From Callorhinchus milii (Eukaryota): a stretch of DNA of 64,000 nt. Positions 26,933-41,035 of the stretch are shown one piece after another. The position numbers and the translations under genes are program-made. Under the pieces are notes generated by a model. The model saw only the letters and a list, made by a program, of their open reading frames with translations, was not told the DNA's origin and did not search any database. Position 1 is the stretch's first letter. Each line of letters starts with the position of its first letter. Location: contig NW_024704742.1 of the NCBI RefSeq assembly GCF_018977255.1, positions 108,254,001 to 108,318,000 of the forward strand. The letters run 5' to 3'.

Positions 26933-28212
26933 ATATGGAGGTGAAGTAAAGGAAAATCAATGTCAATGCAATTTTTCTACAGTCCTCAGACTACTACCCC
27001 CTCCCAACACTGGAAAAAGAACTTATTTTTATGGTTACTGAAAATACCCTATAAAAATAGTTTTATCAAAACATGGAACAAAAAAAACTTAAGAAGTTTA
27101 TTCATTCCCAGAGCAGCATTCTCTACAGTCTACTATTTATAACCAGTTCCAGTTGCTCACAGCATTGTGATCAATAATTTTGCTGTAAGGATTTAAACGT
27201 TAAATGGTAAATGGTGTGAAGTACTTAAAGTTTATAACTTCAGTTTACAGATTACACAATCTATTTGGTCAGAAAAAACACATTGGGTGTAAGCACATTG
27301 CTGCTGATGTAAAGTATTTTCTCTAAAATCATTTCTTTTGCTAATGTGAACAAAGAGTTGATTCTAAAAGTCCCGAGGAATTAGACAGCAGGGAAGCTGT
27401 TTCTTGCTTTTTGTCTGAGGCATGTAAGATGCAATAGATGATGGCTTGACTCGAATCAAAAGTCTCTATATTCCAAGACTTGTCGTAATGCCAAGATCAC
27501 CATCTGGTATGTTCCTCTGTGCTGAGCTGGAGCTGGAGCTTCTCAGGAGACTCATTTCCTGAACTCCTGTTCCCAGTAGACAAAGGATGAGCCAGAAATA
27601 TGTCAGTTTGCTACAGGAGAACCTTTTTGATGCCACCTGGCAACCATCACCTGAGCCTTTCATTTGACTGCATTGTTACAGTTATCACATGCTGTTAAAA
27701 AATAACCTGGTACAAAGTGCAAATCAGAAACTAACAGTATGCACATCTGGTCCTGCCAAATCAATGCATTTATAACAACTACTGTCCATCCTTATCTATT
27801 GATCAACGTGTTAATTCATTGAATAATAATCATGCTTCACCCAAGGTCTTTTTCACTTCCACCATCTTGAGAAGATTAATTTCTTCACCAGTCCCTCACT
27901 GCACTATTAATAAGCATCACTTGAAGATTAAACCAAGGATTGTGGTGGGGGGCTGTCAAGAAAAATTCAAAAGAGAAAAAAAAAGCATTGAAATTGACCA
28001 TAGATTGAAACAATAGTCAATGTAATAGAAAACTATTTAATGCATTCTATTAATGCTGATATTTACTCTTCAAATTATGCCATTATTCCTAATTCCAATT
28101 ACCTACCATATATAAAAATATATTCTGATGGCATTCTCTCTAATATACAGTACGAATGTTCTGCATAATCACTCATTTCAGAACAGGATAGTTTCTTCCT
28201 TCACATTGCAAA

Positions 28213-29545
28213 TTCAGTTCACACGGTCATTCCAGTACAGTATTGGGGAGTGCTGCATTGTCAGAGGTGTTGGCATGAACCAATTTCCTGTCTCTGCCTG
28301 TTCAGATTTTTGCCACCGTTCAAAAGGAGAAGGGCGCTTCTCCCAATAGTTCCATCCAAATAAAATAAACATTATTATAGAATTACAATTAAAAGCCTCA
28401 AGCAAGCTTAGTAGTCAAGAACAATGAATAGCTGGAACATGTTCCCAACTAAGAAAGAACCTGCAATTTTATAGTGCTTTTGCCGGGCAAAACATCCCAA
28501 AGTACTTAAAAAACTCTAAAAGCACAAATAATTACTGTCAAATATAATCTTTTTATAGGCAAAAACAGCAGTTATTTACATGAACAAGGTCTTACAAACA
28601 GCCATGAGATGGATGACTAATTAATCTGGAGTCTTGTTGGCAGAACACCAGGAGAAACTCCCTTCTCCTTTAAACAGTATCATCCCTCTGAACAGGCAGA
28701 GACAGGAACTTGGTTCAAGCCAGCACCTCTTACAATGCAGCACTCCCCAATGGAATGATAATAATAATAATAATCCTTGCATTTGATATAGCGCCTAATC
28801 ACATCTTGGAGACGTCTCAAAGCACTTAACAGAATATACTGTAGAGTGAATTGACTGTATATTTTGTGGGTGAAACACAGTAATAATAATAATAATCCTT
28901 GCATTTGATATAGCGCTTTTCACATCGGGAGGACGTCCCAAAGCGCTTCACAGAACACACTGTAAAGTGAATTGACTGTATATTTGTGGGTGAACGCGGC
29001 AGCCAATTGTGCACAGCAATGTCCCACAAACAGTCGTAGATTGAAAATGACCAATTTATTATTGTTTTTGGTTTTGGAGGGATTATTATTAGGCGTGTGG
29101 AGTAAGAAAACTTGCCCAAGGTTTCGCTCTGCCTGGTATTGAACTCAGGTCTCTCGCTTGCAAAGCGAGTGCTCTAACCACTGAGCTACAGGACTCCAGT
29201 AGCCAATTCCACACAGTCAGTGTCCCACAAACATTCGTGGATTGAAGTGCCCAATTTTTTTTTAGGGAATTATTAACCCCAGAAAAGCGATCCCCCAATC
29301 GACTAACCACTGGGTTCCTACTTATTGTTGGATAAACAGAGACGTGTGGAGTAAGGAAACTTGCCCAACGTTTCACCCTGCCCGGGAATCAAATCCAGGC
29401 CTCTTGCTTGCGGGGCGAGCGCTCTAACCACTAAGCTATCGGGCTCCTCTACATGAATGATGGTATGAACTGAAGTCCCAATGTGGGACTTGAGCCCAAA
29501 ATTTGAACCACATTCCACAGGCAAAAGTGAACTATATTGGCACTA
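28213..29545. mobile_element. SINE cluster: Deu-SINE (+ 28213-28350), and Deu-SINE (- ~28455-28757 plus 29455-29545) hosting a long-variant SINE (- 28758-28881 plus 29198-29447), which hosts a short-variant SINE (- 28882-29197)
   Basis: The split halves rejoin to consensus; short duplications cagta and gaatgat sit at the junctions. Confidence 0.85.
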
Positions 29546-30524
29546 AAACTAGGCAATGGTATGTTGCATATCTCCTTCAAAAAATGAATTGCTTCACTGC
29601 TTGAGACAGTTATTGGAAGATAGATAGTAGATAGGTACAGATTGAAATGAAGAAATACTACAGGACCCAGTTTATAAATAAATCAATGAAACACTGTTAT
29701 AATAGTAGCTTGGTTCTGAGGTACAACTCTGGCCATTGAAAAGCTTCTCAAGGCTTTTGAGTAGAGATCATTTGAAGTAAAAAAGCTCCTCTGGGTTAAG
29801 TTGAAAGAATTCTTTGATAAGAGGAACTGCTTCGAGCTGAACACTCAAAAGTACTGTGGATCTTGCAGGTGATTTAAGTCTGAAAAAAGTAGGAGTTGCA
29901 ATTAAAGAATGTTTCAGTTAAAGTAACAGATTTTCCATTTTACCTGCTGCGCAATCCATCATGATGAATCCTTGAACTGTAGCTTGTTAATACCAACCAA
30001 CACCATCAGCACATTAATGCTGGTGTTAAAAACATCGGAAACTTAATAGGGAAATAATGCTGCTCTGAATCCGACCCATTAAATGGGGACCAATTAAGGA
30101 TTATAAAATAGAATAAAATGGAAATGTTTGCTCTCCCAAAGCTGCCTAAAGAATTTGATATGTATTTTTCTTACATTTGTTTTACATGTTTTGTATATTT
30201 CCCCCCCCCCAATTTTGTTACTTTCAAATTATTTTGTTCTTGGAAAATTGTATGCGATTTGGATCCTCACCTGCTTTGCCACATTTTAGTTTTTTTCCTC
30301 TGACCTGTTTATTCAGTCACTGTGACCTTCGATTTTCCCTTTTTTCTCAGTGAATAAACTTCCTTTCCCCATCCTCTAAAATAGGTATTTAACAGCAAAA
30401 CAAATTTCTTCTGGTTTATTTTCTGGTGTTTCCTCCCACTTAACCGAGAACCCTTTGCATTGTGTTTTTTAATTCTTGTACATCGATATTTTACATCCAA
30501 CTAATTTAAAACTCCACTGACTAT

Positions 30525-31030
30525 ATACTCACCCGCTCTAAACTCTGTGCCCCATCACACGAGACAAGCCCTCTCCAGGCTCCACTGGCTCCCTATCACA
30601 GAATGAATCGATTTCAAGATCCTCACACTCAACTACCAATCCCTTCTTGCCCTGGCACCTCCCTACCTCTCTGACCTGCCTACTCCCCACTCCACCACCC
30701 GCACCTCCACTTGGCTGGCTCCGGCTTCCTGCTTTGTCCCTCGTCCCCTCTGTTCCACCATTGTTGGCCGTGCTTTCAGCAACTAGGCCCCATTATTTGA
30801 AACTCTCTCCCTCAATTCCTGAGCCTTGTCTCCTCCTTCGCCACTGTCAGATCACAACAACAACAACAAGATTTCATTTATAGAGCGCCTTTCACGTCGG
30901 GAGGACGTCCTAAGGCGCTGGACAGTTGGGTCGGGACCCGAGCAGGGGGGAAATGGTCAGGATGAGGGAAGGGAAGGAGCGAGGAGGTGGTAGAGAATCG
31001 AGAGGGGAGCTGAAAGCACGGTCGAAGACT
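30525..31030. mobile_element. L2 fragment (+ 30525-30850) abutting an antisense L2 3' end (30853-31030)
   Basis: LHWLP..IDFKIL remnant; (caa)n followed by the reverse complement of the L2 stem-loop. Confidence 0.85.
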
Positions 31031-34000
31031 TTACTTTTTGACCGTTCTTATGGTCACCTCCCCACTCTTGCCGGTTCAACATTAGGCTCCGAACGTTGTT
31101 AAGCACTCCAAAATGCCACCTCACATGAAGGGGTAATGTTTTGGAATGCAAGTTTTTTTTGTTATTGTCTTTGTTGGCTTTAACTTTTATTATAACAAAA
31201 CTATACAAAGAACCAATAATCAAATCTAAAGATCGAAACCAAAACACATCTCCTTCATTATTCTCCTTCTTGAGTTGTTTTAGAAGTGGCTACCTATTAC
31301 TTCTATGCAACGGTTCCTCTCAGTCATCCTTGATCTGTTCACCAGGATTATCTTATCATTAATGCTGTTATGAGATCTGGACACTGTGGGGTTTTCAAAT
31401 TTGATATTTCAAAATAATTCCTCTTTCTCCAAGTTTCCATTCGTCTTTTTATTTTGGTAAACATTAAGCATTGAGAATTATTTGATGGATCCTACTGAAT
31501 GCAATTTTTTAAAAAAATCAATGTTTCAAAAAAAATACATGGATGATTTAGCTGTCAAATTTCTGATTCAATTTCTTTTATGTTTGATGTGAACTGTTTA
31601 ATTTCAAGCTGAAAAGCACAATTTCTGCTCTGGCTTTTCTTAAAGAACCTTAAAGAGAATTTTTCAGCACAGAGAGAAGACATTTGACACATTGTGCCTG
31701 TGTGGCTCTCTGCAAGTCTTACTCCTGTCTTTTTCCCCACATACTTTTTCCCCCTCTTCAAATTTCTCTAACTGTTCTTGCTTAATAGTTTTTCTTGCCA
31801 TACAGCAGCCAACAATAAATATGCTCGTACAGAACTAAGAAAGTTGAATCAGAAAAATAATGAATGGTCAATCATTATTGGGAGTGTATTATTCCTTAGT
31901 CAATGATCTATTCAAATAAATTCTATTTTTAAAGGAAGTAAGTTTTAATAATGGGCTTAAAAGGAAGCATGTTTACCAGCTGTGGATTCAGGACACTTCA
32001 TTGCATCTTGACAGACTTGAAATCCATCATGTAAATTAAACCTTCCATCAAAGTGTGTAACAGAAATACCAATGTGTGTTAATGTAATATAAAATTACTA
32101 TATTCACTCCCTGGCTCGGGATTATTAACAGTCATTGGTACTTCAACATCAATCAGAGTTTCTATAATGAATACATTGAAGACCCTGCTGTGTGCCAATC
32201 ATAACTAAATAGCCCCATTGTGTGGCTTTGAGGTCAAAACAAAGATTGAATCTTTGTACTTAGTTGTATAGTATTTATTGCTTTAGTCATTCAGGTGATA
32301 ATATTTTTGAAAAACAATTATAACACTACACATTCACAAAAAGAAGCAAATATCATACCGATAAGGTGACTGGACAATCGATCATTTGGTGTTCTGAAGG
32401 CTTGAGTTATCAAATTTTACAGTAGTAATACACCAAAATTATTGGCTGTAAGCCACCATTACTAAGAATATTTAACCATCACTGTTTATATCTGTGCTGC
32501 AACCAAATTGCAAGTATATAAAAGTATGTGTCCAGTAACATTCAACTTCAATTACTTAACTATCAATACCATGGTTTTGCCAGTGATAATGCTGCAATAA
32601 GCTATACAGTAGTTTGTTTTACTCTATATATAGCCCATAATATAAAAGAATTCAAATAAATTGGTAATTTCTGCAACAAAATATGTTTTTACGATGTGAT
32701 TATAGAAGTTGACATTTCCAGCAGACTGAACGGTGAAAAAGTGACTTTTGCAATAATATTCACAATCTGAGACCATGTACCTCTTTGCTGTACTGCAAAC
32801 AATGTGTGCAAATATGTTTATGATCACATTCAACTATCAATTCTATGGTTTTGCCAAAGATGATTCAGAAAATATCAAATCTTTTAGGATGCGATTATAG
32901 AAATTGGCATTTCCTGAAGATTACACAGTGACAAAATTAGGTATATTTGCAATGACTGGTACGAACAATTTCATTCATCATAGCTCTGAAAATAAAAACA
33001 TTCAAAGCTATAACAAAATCTATAGCAAAATAAATAGGATGACATGAGACAAGTTGACATTTCCTGAAGATTAGAAAATGATAAGAGGAATTTTTGCAAT
33101 AATTTTCATATTCTGAGGCCATGTATCTCATGGCCTTAACTTTCCAAGTCTTAAAAGTAAAGATTGTGTTATGCAGAATTTTGGAAAATTTTTAGATTTG
33201 GAAATTGTTTTGGAAGCTAGTTTTCTATTGTGCTTTTTAAGGTTTACTCTTTTTAAGATTGGCAGCTTACGAATTAAAATGGCACTGAATTTTTTCCAAA
33301 ATTCTGTATGACATAAATTTATCAAAGCTAAGTCACTTCTAATGAGCAAAGTGGATTTACATAAATAGCTGGTTTAGCCAATAATTTGAATAAGACTCGA
33401 TCTCAGTAGCATTTCATTCCAGCTGGAATCATGCAGGCTTGTTGGGAATATAAAAAAGCATGAATTACAATAAGATTTTTGAATCCATCAAGCCATTCCA
33501 TCTAATCCACCATTCCATCTAAAAAAAACTATAATCATTGAACTATCATGGAGTCAACCCAACATATTTAGGCTCCTAAGATGAAAAATTCTGCCAAGTT
33601 TTCTCCCTGCCCTCAAGAGTAATCAAGTGAAACTCCAGAGTATCCGCTTAACGTTACCATCCACATTATTCAACTCTGACCAGTTATTTTCCGCAGATGA
33701 TATTTCCTAATGCCTGGAAGGGGCATCCTCAGTACAATTTGTTTAGTTCTTAGTTCTTAGTACATCATCTACTACGTTTATTTTAATTAGGGCCCACACC
33801 TTTTTAATTGGTTGGTATTGCAACAGAACTGTACAAGAACAAATCTATGTTACAAAGATAAATGCAACTCCAAATGCATCTAAACTCAGGTTCCATCTGC
33901 CTTTTCAGGTGGACCTTAAAGATTTCATCATTGACATTATTTGAAAACTGAACGCTGCCCAACAATACTATAGATAAAAATTTGGTCATTCACTTTGTGA

Positions 34001-37000
34001 TTGTTTGTTGGGCATTGCTGCCCGCAAATGGACTGCTGTGGTATACACAGTCATTATACTTCACAGAAAGCCTCTGGGACGTTTCAATGTAATACTGTTA
34101 CACAATGGTGCCTCATTATTACCCAAGTTGGGATCCATAATATTCCAACCCACATTACAATGAAGCACAATATCTGTTTCACTGCATATGCTGGCAGCCG
34201 GACAGCTCATTCCTGAGTGCCAGCTGATTCTCTTGCTAAAACAAAAGATGGCTGATTTCTAGGTCATCGGATCACTGACAACAACTTTGTGCTTGTGGAA
34301 ATGCACAAAGCAGGAACTGACATCAGAGGCAACCTAATAACCAGAAGTCAGTCATCTTTTGGCTTCATGATTGTTTGTGGGGTATCATTCACTTCATGCC
34401 CCACAAACCATTAGTGTGGATGATTCCATGTCAGTCTTTTTGTTGACTTTCATTTAACTGTCAGGTTTAAGTCAAATGTTTAAAAACATTAAAAAAAGGT
34501 TACTCCCATTTTACACAACAAAGAGACGAGAGCTGGAACTAGGAACTAAGAACTAAACTAAATTTAGATAATTGGAAAAAAAGTTAGAATAGGAAGAAAA
34601 TAGTATTGGTAACAAAAAATTTGAAAAATACCACCTTGAGAAAATACAGTAAGAGCATAAATAGTGATGACAATGTCTGTAAAGTTATAACAGCTTATTT
34701 TTAACTTTAATTTATACTTTTGTACATTTTTAGTGGGTTGGGATTAATAGTATTGTATTTCTGATGTGTGAGTGAGTATCTTTATTACTTTAGTATTTCC
34801 TCAACATCAGCATCTTAGTTCACAACTGAGATGTCTTTACTTAGAGACAGGAATCTTCCTGGATGTGCCAGAACTCCAAGGGTCCAATCAACAAGATTTA
34901 AATAACAGGAAGATAATGCTTGATGAGTATTTCTTTCTAAAAAAAATCTGGATCTATTTTCCAATTAAATATTTGCTGAATTGTAGCAGTTGAATTCATG
35001 CTTCAGTTGCATACAGCTATAAACTAATGCAGACAACCCCCTTCCAAAAAGTATATAAGTGGAAACATACAACTTGGTTTATAGTACTTAAGGACATTTG
35101 GATCAACTTAAATATAGGTGGGATGATCCTTACAATTTCCAAAACTAACCTAGGTTTAATATCTGTTCAAAAATATATTGCAAATACATTGCCTACAATT
35201 ATTCCAAGCAATTGAATTTCATAAGGTCTTAAAGGCTACATGCATATCACAGGCAATTATCTCTGCACTGTCAATCCTCCTGTGCCTTTGCCTGACCCCC
35301 TATATTGACCTATTCCCCACTGCTTGCTACACAAATCTCCTTGAAAAAGCTCACACATGAACACCATGTGCACGTGTATATTTTCAATGCATACTAAATT
35401 AGTTCCAAGTGAAGAGTTTTAAATTATGAGGCCCATTCTACTAATCAGCCTTATAGATAAACCATTTTTTCTCCTTTAACACATACATTTTAATTCAAAC
35501 AATCAAGAGAAAGGAACTGTGTAATGCATTTACTAATTACTGGAGACAAGTTGTCCAATGGCAACATAAAAATATTCTGCCTATTTTGTTGGAAGGCCCT
35601 GAAGGGGGGCTTCATAATGAAACAATCAATTTTTCATGCAAATTCAATAGTAGTTCCTAAAATGTTTGAAACCAAATTCATTATTTATTTATTTATTTTC
35701 CTCTGGGGAATTCAAACCCAGCTGTGACCTAGAAAGACAAAAAGTAATGTTAGTACTTAAATTCCAAATATGTTCCAATAAATGATGGGATTAACAATAG
35801 TCAAAATTAACATGGATCTGCACCAGCTAGTTTAAAACATATCAAGCAATCTAATGTCGGAGAGTAATACCAATCAATTTAAATTATTTTCTGATCTTAC
35901 AACAGGTAAAGCAGTAACATAGCTTTGTTCCACAATGATCCTATTTTCAGTCACCTATAAAATACACAGTCACTACCCTTTACAATAAACCAGTGATGTA
36001 TTCTGAGACATTTTGACGATGTGTTAAGGCTCTATATCCATGGATTATTTAATTTTCACACACAATGATAGCCAATATGAACACACTTTGGCATATTTTT
36101 TTTCTTCTGAAACCAGTCAACACTTCTCCTACATTACAAGACGGCAGCTTCGAAACAGATGTTAGAGACATCATTAGCTTTCTCTCCATAACAACTGGAT
36201 TACATTACATTAAAGACTAAACTTTGCACCTCAGAAAACTTAAAACATGCCACAAAAATAATAGCCACATGTGATGGTGGGGGTGTGGACTGTACAATTA
36301 ATTTTAATAGGATTATCAGAAAACAGTCTGATTGATTTATCTCTGAAATCCATTCTGCAACAGTATTCAATGCACCGGTCTCAGAATACATTCATCATGG
36401 GAGCTCCACCATATTCTGAATCCAACTATCACCACATCAATGTTTCAGACCCACACCAGCAACACTACACAACTACACTGTAGTGACACATGCACTGAGT
36501 CCCATACATTGAGAAAGAGTGACATCAATTACCCTCCTTTTTGGAGCGGTTTACAAGTAATAACCCTTAAACTCAGCCTCCATTTGTACTGTGCTCTCTC
36601 AAAGGTAGTAGAGAGAAACAATGGGGAAAAAATCCAAGGAAAGAGACAGAAATAAACTAAAAGGCAGATAAAGCAAGGAATTTGTCCACAATCCATCATT
36701 ACAGTTCAGTTCATTCCTACTGACTCATCTCTATAAAGTCCTCCTTGTGGTTTGTCTCTTTCAGCATAAAGTTTTTATAAATATTTTCTTTTCCTCAGTA
36801 ATAATTCATTTGCATTGGTAGAGGTAAATAACATTTTATAATAAATATTTTATTTTTAAACATCCCTTGATGGGAGATAAGGAATATGAATATTGATCTT
36901 AAGGATTCATCTCGTCCCTTATTTACCACTACAGGAATTAAAAAAACATATTTTCTATAGTTTTATGCGAGAGATACAGACCTCAAAAGAGATGCAGAAC

Positions 37001-37384
37001 TATTAATAAGCAGTATGAAACCAGAATCCCAGAGGAGACATGGAAATCTTGCATTTTGGAGCAGAGAATCAGTAGGAGAAATCCAGGTCAAAGGTTCTGA
37101 AAAAAAATTATATGGGGTCATACCTCTTGTAACATATTTTACTTTAACCACTGGAGCAACAACAACAGCTTGCATTTATACAGAGCCTGTCACACCAGAC
37201 GGCATCTTGGAGCACTTTATGCAATAAATACAGGAAATTACTTTGCAAATATTGAACAAAATAATATTTAGCCAAGACACAAAAAAACGATACATTTTGT
37301 GAGATTCTTTTAAGTTCTTTAAGAAAACGGTGCTCCAAACACCATTTGGTGAAACTGAAGTTGGAGGAATTGTTTTCACGAAAC

Positions 37385-37700
37385 ACAGGAAAAAAGGAAC
37401 AAGAAAAGGCCATTCAGACTATCGAGCCTGTTCCACCAGTTTATTAGATGTTGGCCCAGCTCAACGCCCAGCCCTTTCAACATACCCCTTTATTCCTCTA
37501 CTGCACAAGTATCCAACTCTCTTTTAAACCTCAATTGATTCTGTCTCCACAGCTTTCTGGGGCAGAATATTCCACATCTTCATAAGCCCTCAGTAGAAAG
37601 AAATGATTCCTGACCTCAGTTCTAATGGTCTCAGTTCTGATTTTAAAGTGATCCCTGCCTTGCAACGGATCCCTCTACCTCAGGGAAGAATCGATGTCAT
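37385..37700 (-). mobile_element. CR1 3' end remnant
   Basis: aggaacaagaaaaggccattcag, gaatattccaca, tcctgacctcagttcta (reverse complement of CR1 terminus). Confidence 0.65.
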
Positions 37701-39279
37701 TCATTGTGACTAGTTTCAAAGTCAGCATGCATTATTACCATTTGACATAGTCCCACCTGATTCCTCACTCTGATGCACCACTCAAAATGGCAGTTCATTG
37801 TTTATACCACCATACAACTTTTCAGTCCACTACAGTCTATGCATGCCCCGAGGGGAGAGTGGAGGATGGTCCACTCAAAGACCAATGCAGCGCTCCTTCA
37901 ACATTGCACTGGAGAGTCAGACTAGATTATGAGCTCAAGTCGTGATGTGCTGATGCTGTACAAGCTTGGAGTCAGCGCTACCAACTGAGACAATGGGTGA
38001 GTAGAAGTGATAAACAAAACACTCATGGTGTGGGGAAGATTCAGATGATGTCAGAGCAAAGCTTAGAGTTTGTCATCTGAACCTTGAGATAAGATTACTT
38101 TCAGTGCAATCACTCCCACCCTCTACTTGCAGTAATATTGATAACATTCAGATGGTTTGACATGATTATTGAAGCAGTAAATTGCTGAAGTCATTGTTGC
38201 AATGGACTACTGAGAAATAATACTATTCTACATATTATATAGAATTACAACATTGACTTTGAAGGCTGTTACACATCATCACAATTCAGATATCATTAAT
38301 AAAGCAGCCTTGTGGTTTAGGTCAGAAATAATATAAAAGGACTAGAGAGCGAACAAATTATCCTCGGCTAAAGCCATCTTCATATTGGGCTGTTTGCTCA
38401 TATTTGCGGCACTTTAAGTATTTAAAAAGATGCTGAGCCCAAAGATAAATGAAAAATATCTCACAAAGCTCATGACAAACATTAAAAAGAATATATGTCC
38501 TGGAGCTTATAAAATGCTTGATCCTTGCACTCACAATTTGTCATCTGAACCCTTTCAAGTGATTACAATCACTCACAGATATTTATAATTCTCTATTTAT
38601 TTTCCCCTAATGCTAAATATTTATCTTAAATATTCTCCTCCCCCAAATTAATCTTTTAGTTGGTAGCATTACCAGATGCAACCCCACAAAAAAAATCAGT
38701 TTACCTAAACAATTCATTGTCAAGGTTGCAAAGTTGTCAATGATGTCAACACAAAATCTACAGAATGTAAGGATTGTTTAAGTTTACAATACAGAGCTCC
38801 AAGACTCTGGACTGCGTGAAGGGTGTTACATAAAATGCAAGTGCAAATGTATCTCTCTATGTTACTCAAAAAATCTAAGGGAGAATATTGACCCCACTCA
38901 CTGTTTTTTTTAAATCAGTCATTTCAATAGATTAATTTTAGCCTCATAGGAAGCAATCCTTGAAATCAAAACTCACACAACAGGAAATCTTAAAATATGT
39001 GTAATGCCAAAGACAGTGTACGAAATGCAATAACCTCTCAGCAGCAAGTTAATAGACTAGCTAATGTTAATGTAGGATAATATATATGAACAGTTGTGAC
39101 AGAGCCTTTTCATTGCCACCCTCAGTCTGGCAACCAAAATAAATGACATTTAAAAGGAGCTTTTGATTTTTGTTTGGTCAGCTGGGTGTCTGAAACATAT
39201 GCAAGCCACCTAGGTAAGATCATTTCCCTGTGTCTGGAATGGAATGTGCACTCTCTCCCTGAGCTAACACCACATAACT

Positions 39280-39765
39280 TGCCATTGAGGATTGTCTCCA
39301 GGTTTCCTGGAACACCGCAGCTGATGTCCTCTCCTGCCCTGCAAAGCCATTCAAACTGAGCTCCATAAGCTTCCCCCAGCAGATCGACCAGGATTCTCAT
39401 CTTAACTTTCAAATGCCTCCGATGGCCTCATCCAACCCTATCTCCTGCAACCCTACTGCCCTGGCAACTTCCTCCGCTCAGGAAAACTCAGCCTGATTAA
39501 TTCCCCACCACTCCACCTCACCATTGATGAACAAGCTTCCAGGCTCTTCCACCACTCTCTGAAAATCCATCCCAGAATCCCTCCACCTTGCCCACAACCT
39601 CTCCACCCATCTCTTCAACTCTACGTTCAGCCATCTTCTCCCTCTCCTTCCTACATGCCCCCCTCCCCCTCAGCTGAGGCTCCCAGTCAGCTATATGAGG
39701 TACTTTGAGACTCTACCTGATGTGAATGGCTATATACATGTCAATTACTTCTGCTGTTGTTGTTA
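39280..39765 (+). mobile_element. Old L2 3' fragment
   Basis: aggattctcatcttaactttcaaatgcctcc (ILILTFKCL) and a degenerate tail ending tgttgttgtt. Confidence 0.7.
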
Positions 39766-40124
39766 TCCATGTTATGTTGGTTGTCCACCCCACCCATTAA
39801 GGATGAACAGGATTTTAGTGTGAAAAATCTCTGCCCTGTTCTGCACCTATAAATCCTACTGACAAGCCAGTTTGGTTAGTCTCATCAGCAGTTCTTCGGA
39901 GTGTTGTAAACTTGTCTATCTCAGGAAACAGACTACAGAGACCGTCACAGTCTGCTGCTAACCGTGTTACCTTGGAGCCAGCTCAGTCCTTAGCAGACCT
40001 CAATTAGCTCCCATCCAAGGAAGACAGTCATTAGTTGATCACAGAAAATGATGAACCACTATGTAATGAAAATACTAAAAATAATCATTTTTAGTCAGAT
40101 ACAACAGCATGTGACTTGACACAG

Positions 40125-41035
40125 AGGTAAAGAGGGAAGGAGACCAAAGGCATAGTCGAAGAGGAAAGTCTTCAGGTGTGATTTGAAGATGGGCAAAGAG
40201 GGGGCAAAACAGAGGGGTTGAGGCAAGGAATTCCAGAAATTTGGGGCATAGTGACTGAAAGTAGGGCCACCAATTGTGGAGCTGAAGAGAAGAGGGACAT
40301 GCAGAAGACACAAGCCAGCTGATCGAAAGTGGTGGGAGGTGCTAGGGCATGAAGAGATTTGAAAGTGAGAGTGAGGTGCTTGAAATTGTTACCATATGTA
40401 TTTAGACTCAATTCTGAACACATGAATTGGGGTGGCTGAGGAATTAAAACCATCCAAAAAATTATTAGCACAATAAGGCTCAGTGATATGGAGGAGAACA
40501 GATGCAGATTAAGTTTCCAAGCTGAACGGGGAAAACCGATCAAAGAGTTGCACTTGGGCAACCTCTGCTGCCTCCTGGTGGATGGCTATAGAGAGCATTA
40601 ATGGCAGCCATTGGAATAGGTCCTGTGTCCATTTTCTTGGCTGTAGGTTCCAGGTCAAGCAATTTACAGTAATCTGTACTTAAGTAATGTCTTCCACTTA
40701 GGACGAACATCTCAAAGTACTTCACAACTATAATGGGGATCACCTAGCAGGGAGAGGAGAAGCGGGGAGTCCAAACAACTTGATCAAGGGAGACATAATC
40801 ACTCCCTGGTTTTCAAGACAGGAAGAGAAAGTACAAGGCAACAGGATTTGGGAAGAGAATTCCTGAGACTGGGCATAGAGGCTGAAGGCTCTGCTTCTAA
40901 TGTTGGAAGGAGGGAGGAATGAGTAGAAGGCAAAATTTGGAGGAATAGAAGGCACAAGCATGAAAATAGAACTGGAGATTGCAGAGGTAACAGGGTAATG
41001 TGGGACAAGATTGTGAAGGGATTTGAAGGCCGAAG
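40125..41035 (-). mobile_element. Two old L2 3' fragments (~40125-40385 and ~40675-41035)
   Basis: TIGGPTFSHYAPNFWNSLP..FKSHLKTFLF (ORF 40095..40313) and FKSLHNL...SRAFS (ORF 40740..41039). Confidence 0.8.

Noticed and set aside
27466..27663. Ser-rich minus ORF as an exon
   Set aside because: Stop in phase 0, weak donor, and G splices to H in frame without it.
36961..37227. Possible plus-strand exon
   Set aside because: Weak donor and no partner exons found on the + strand.
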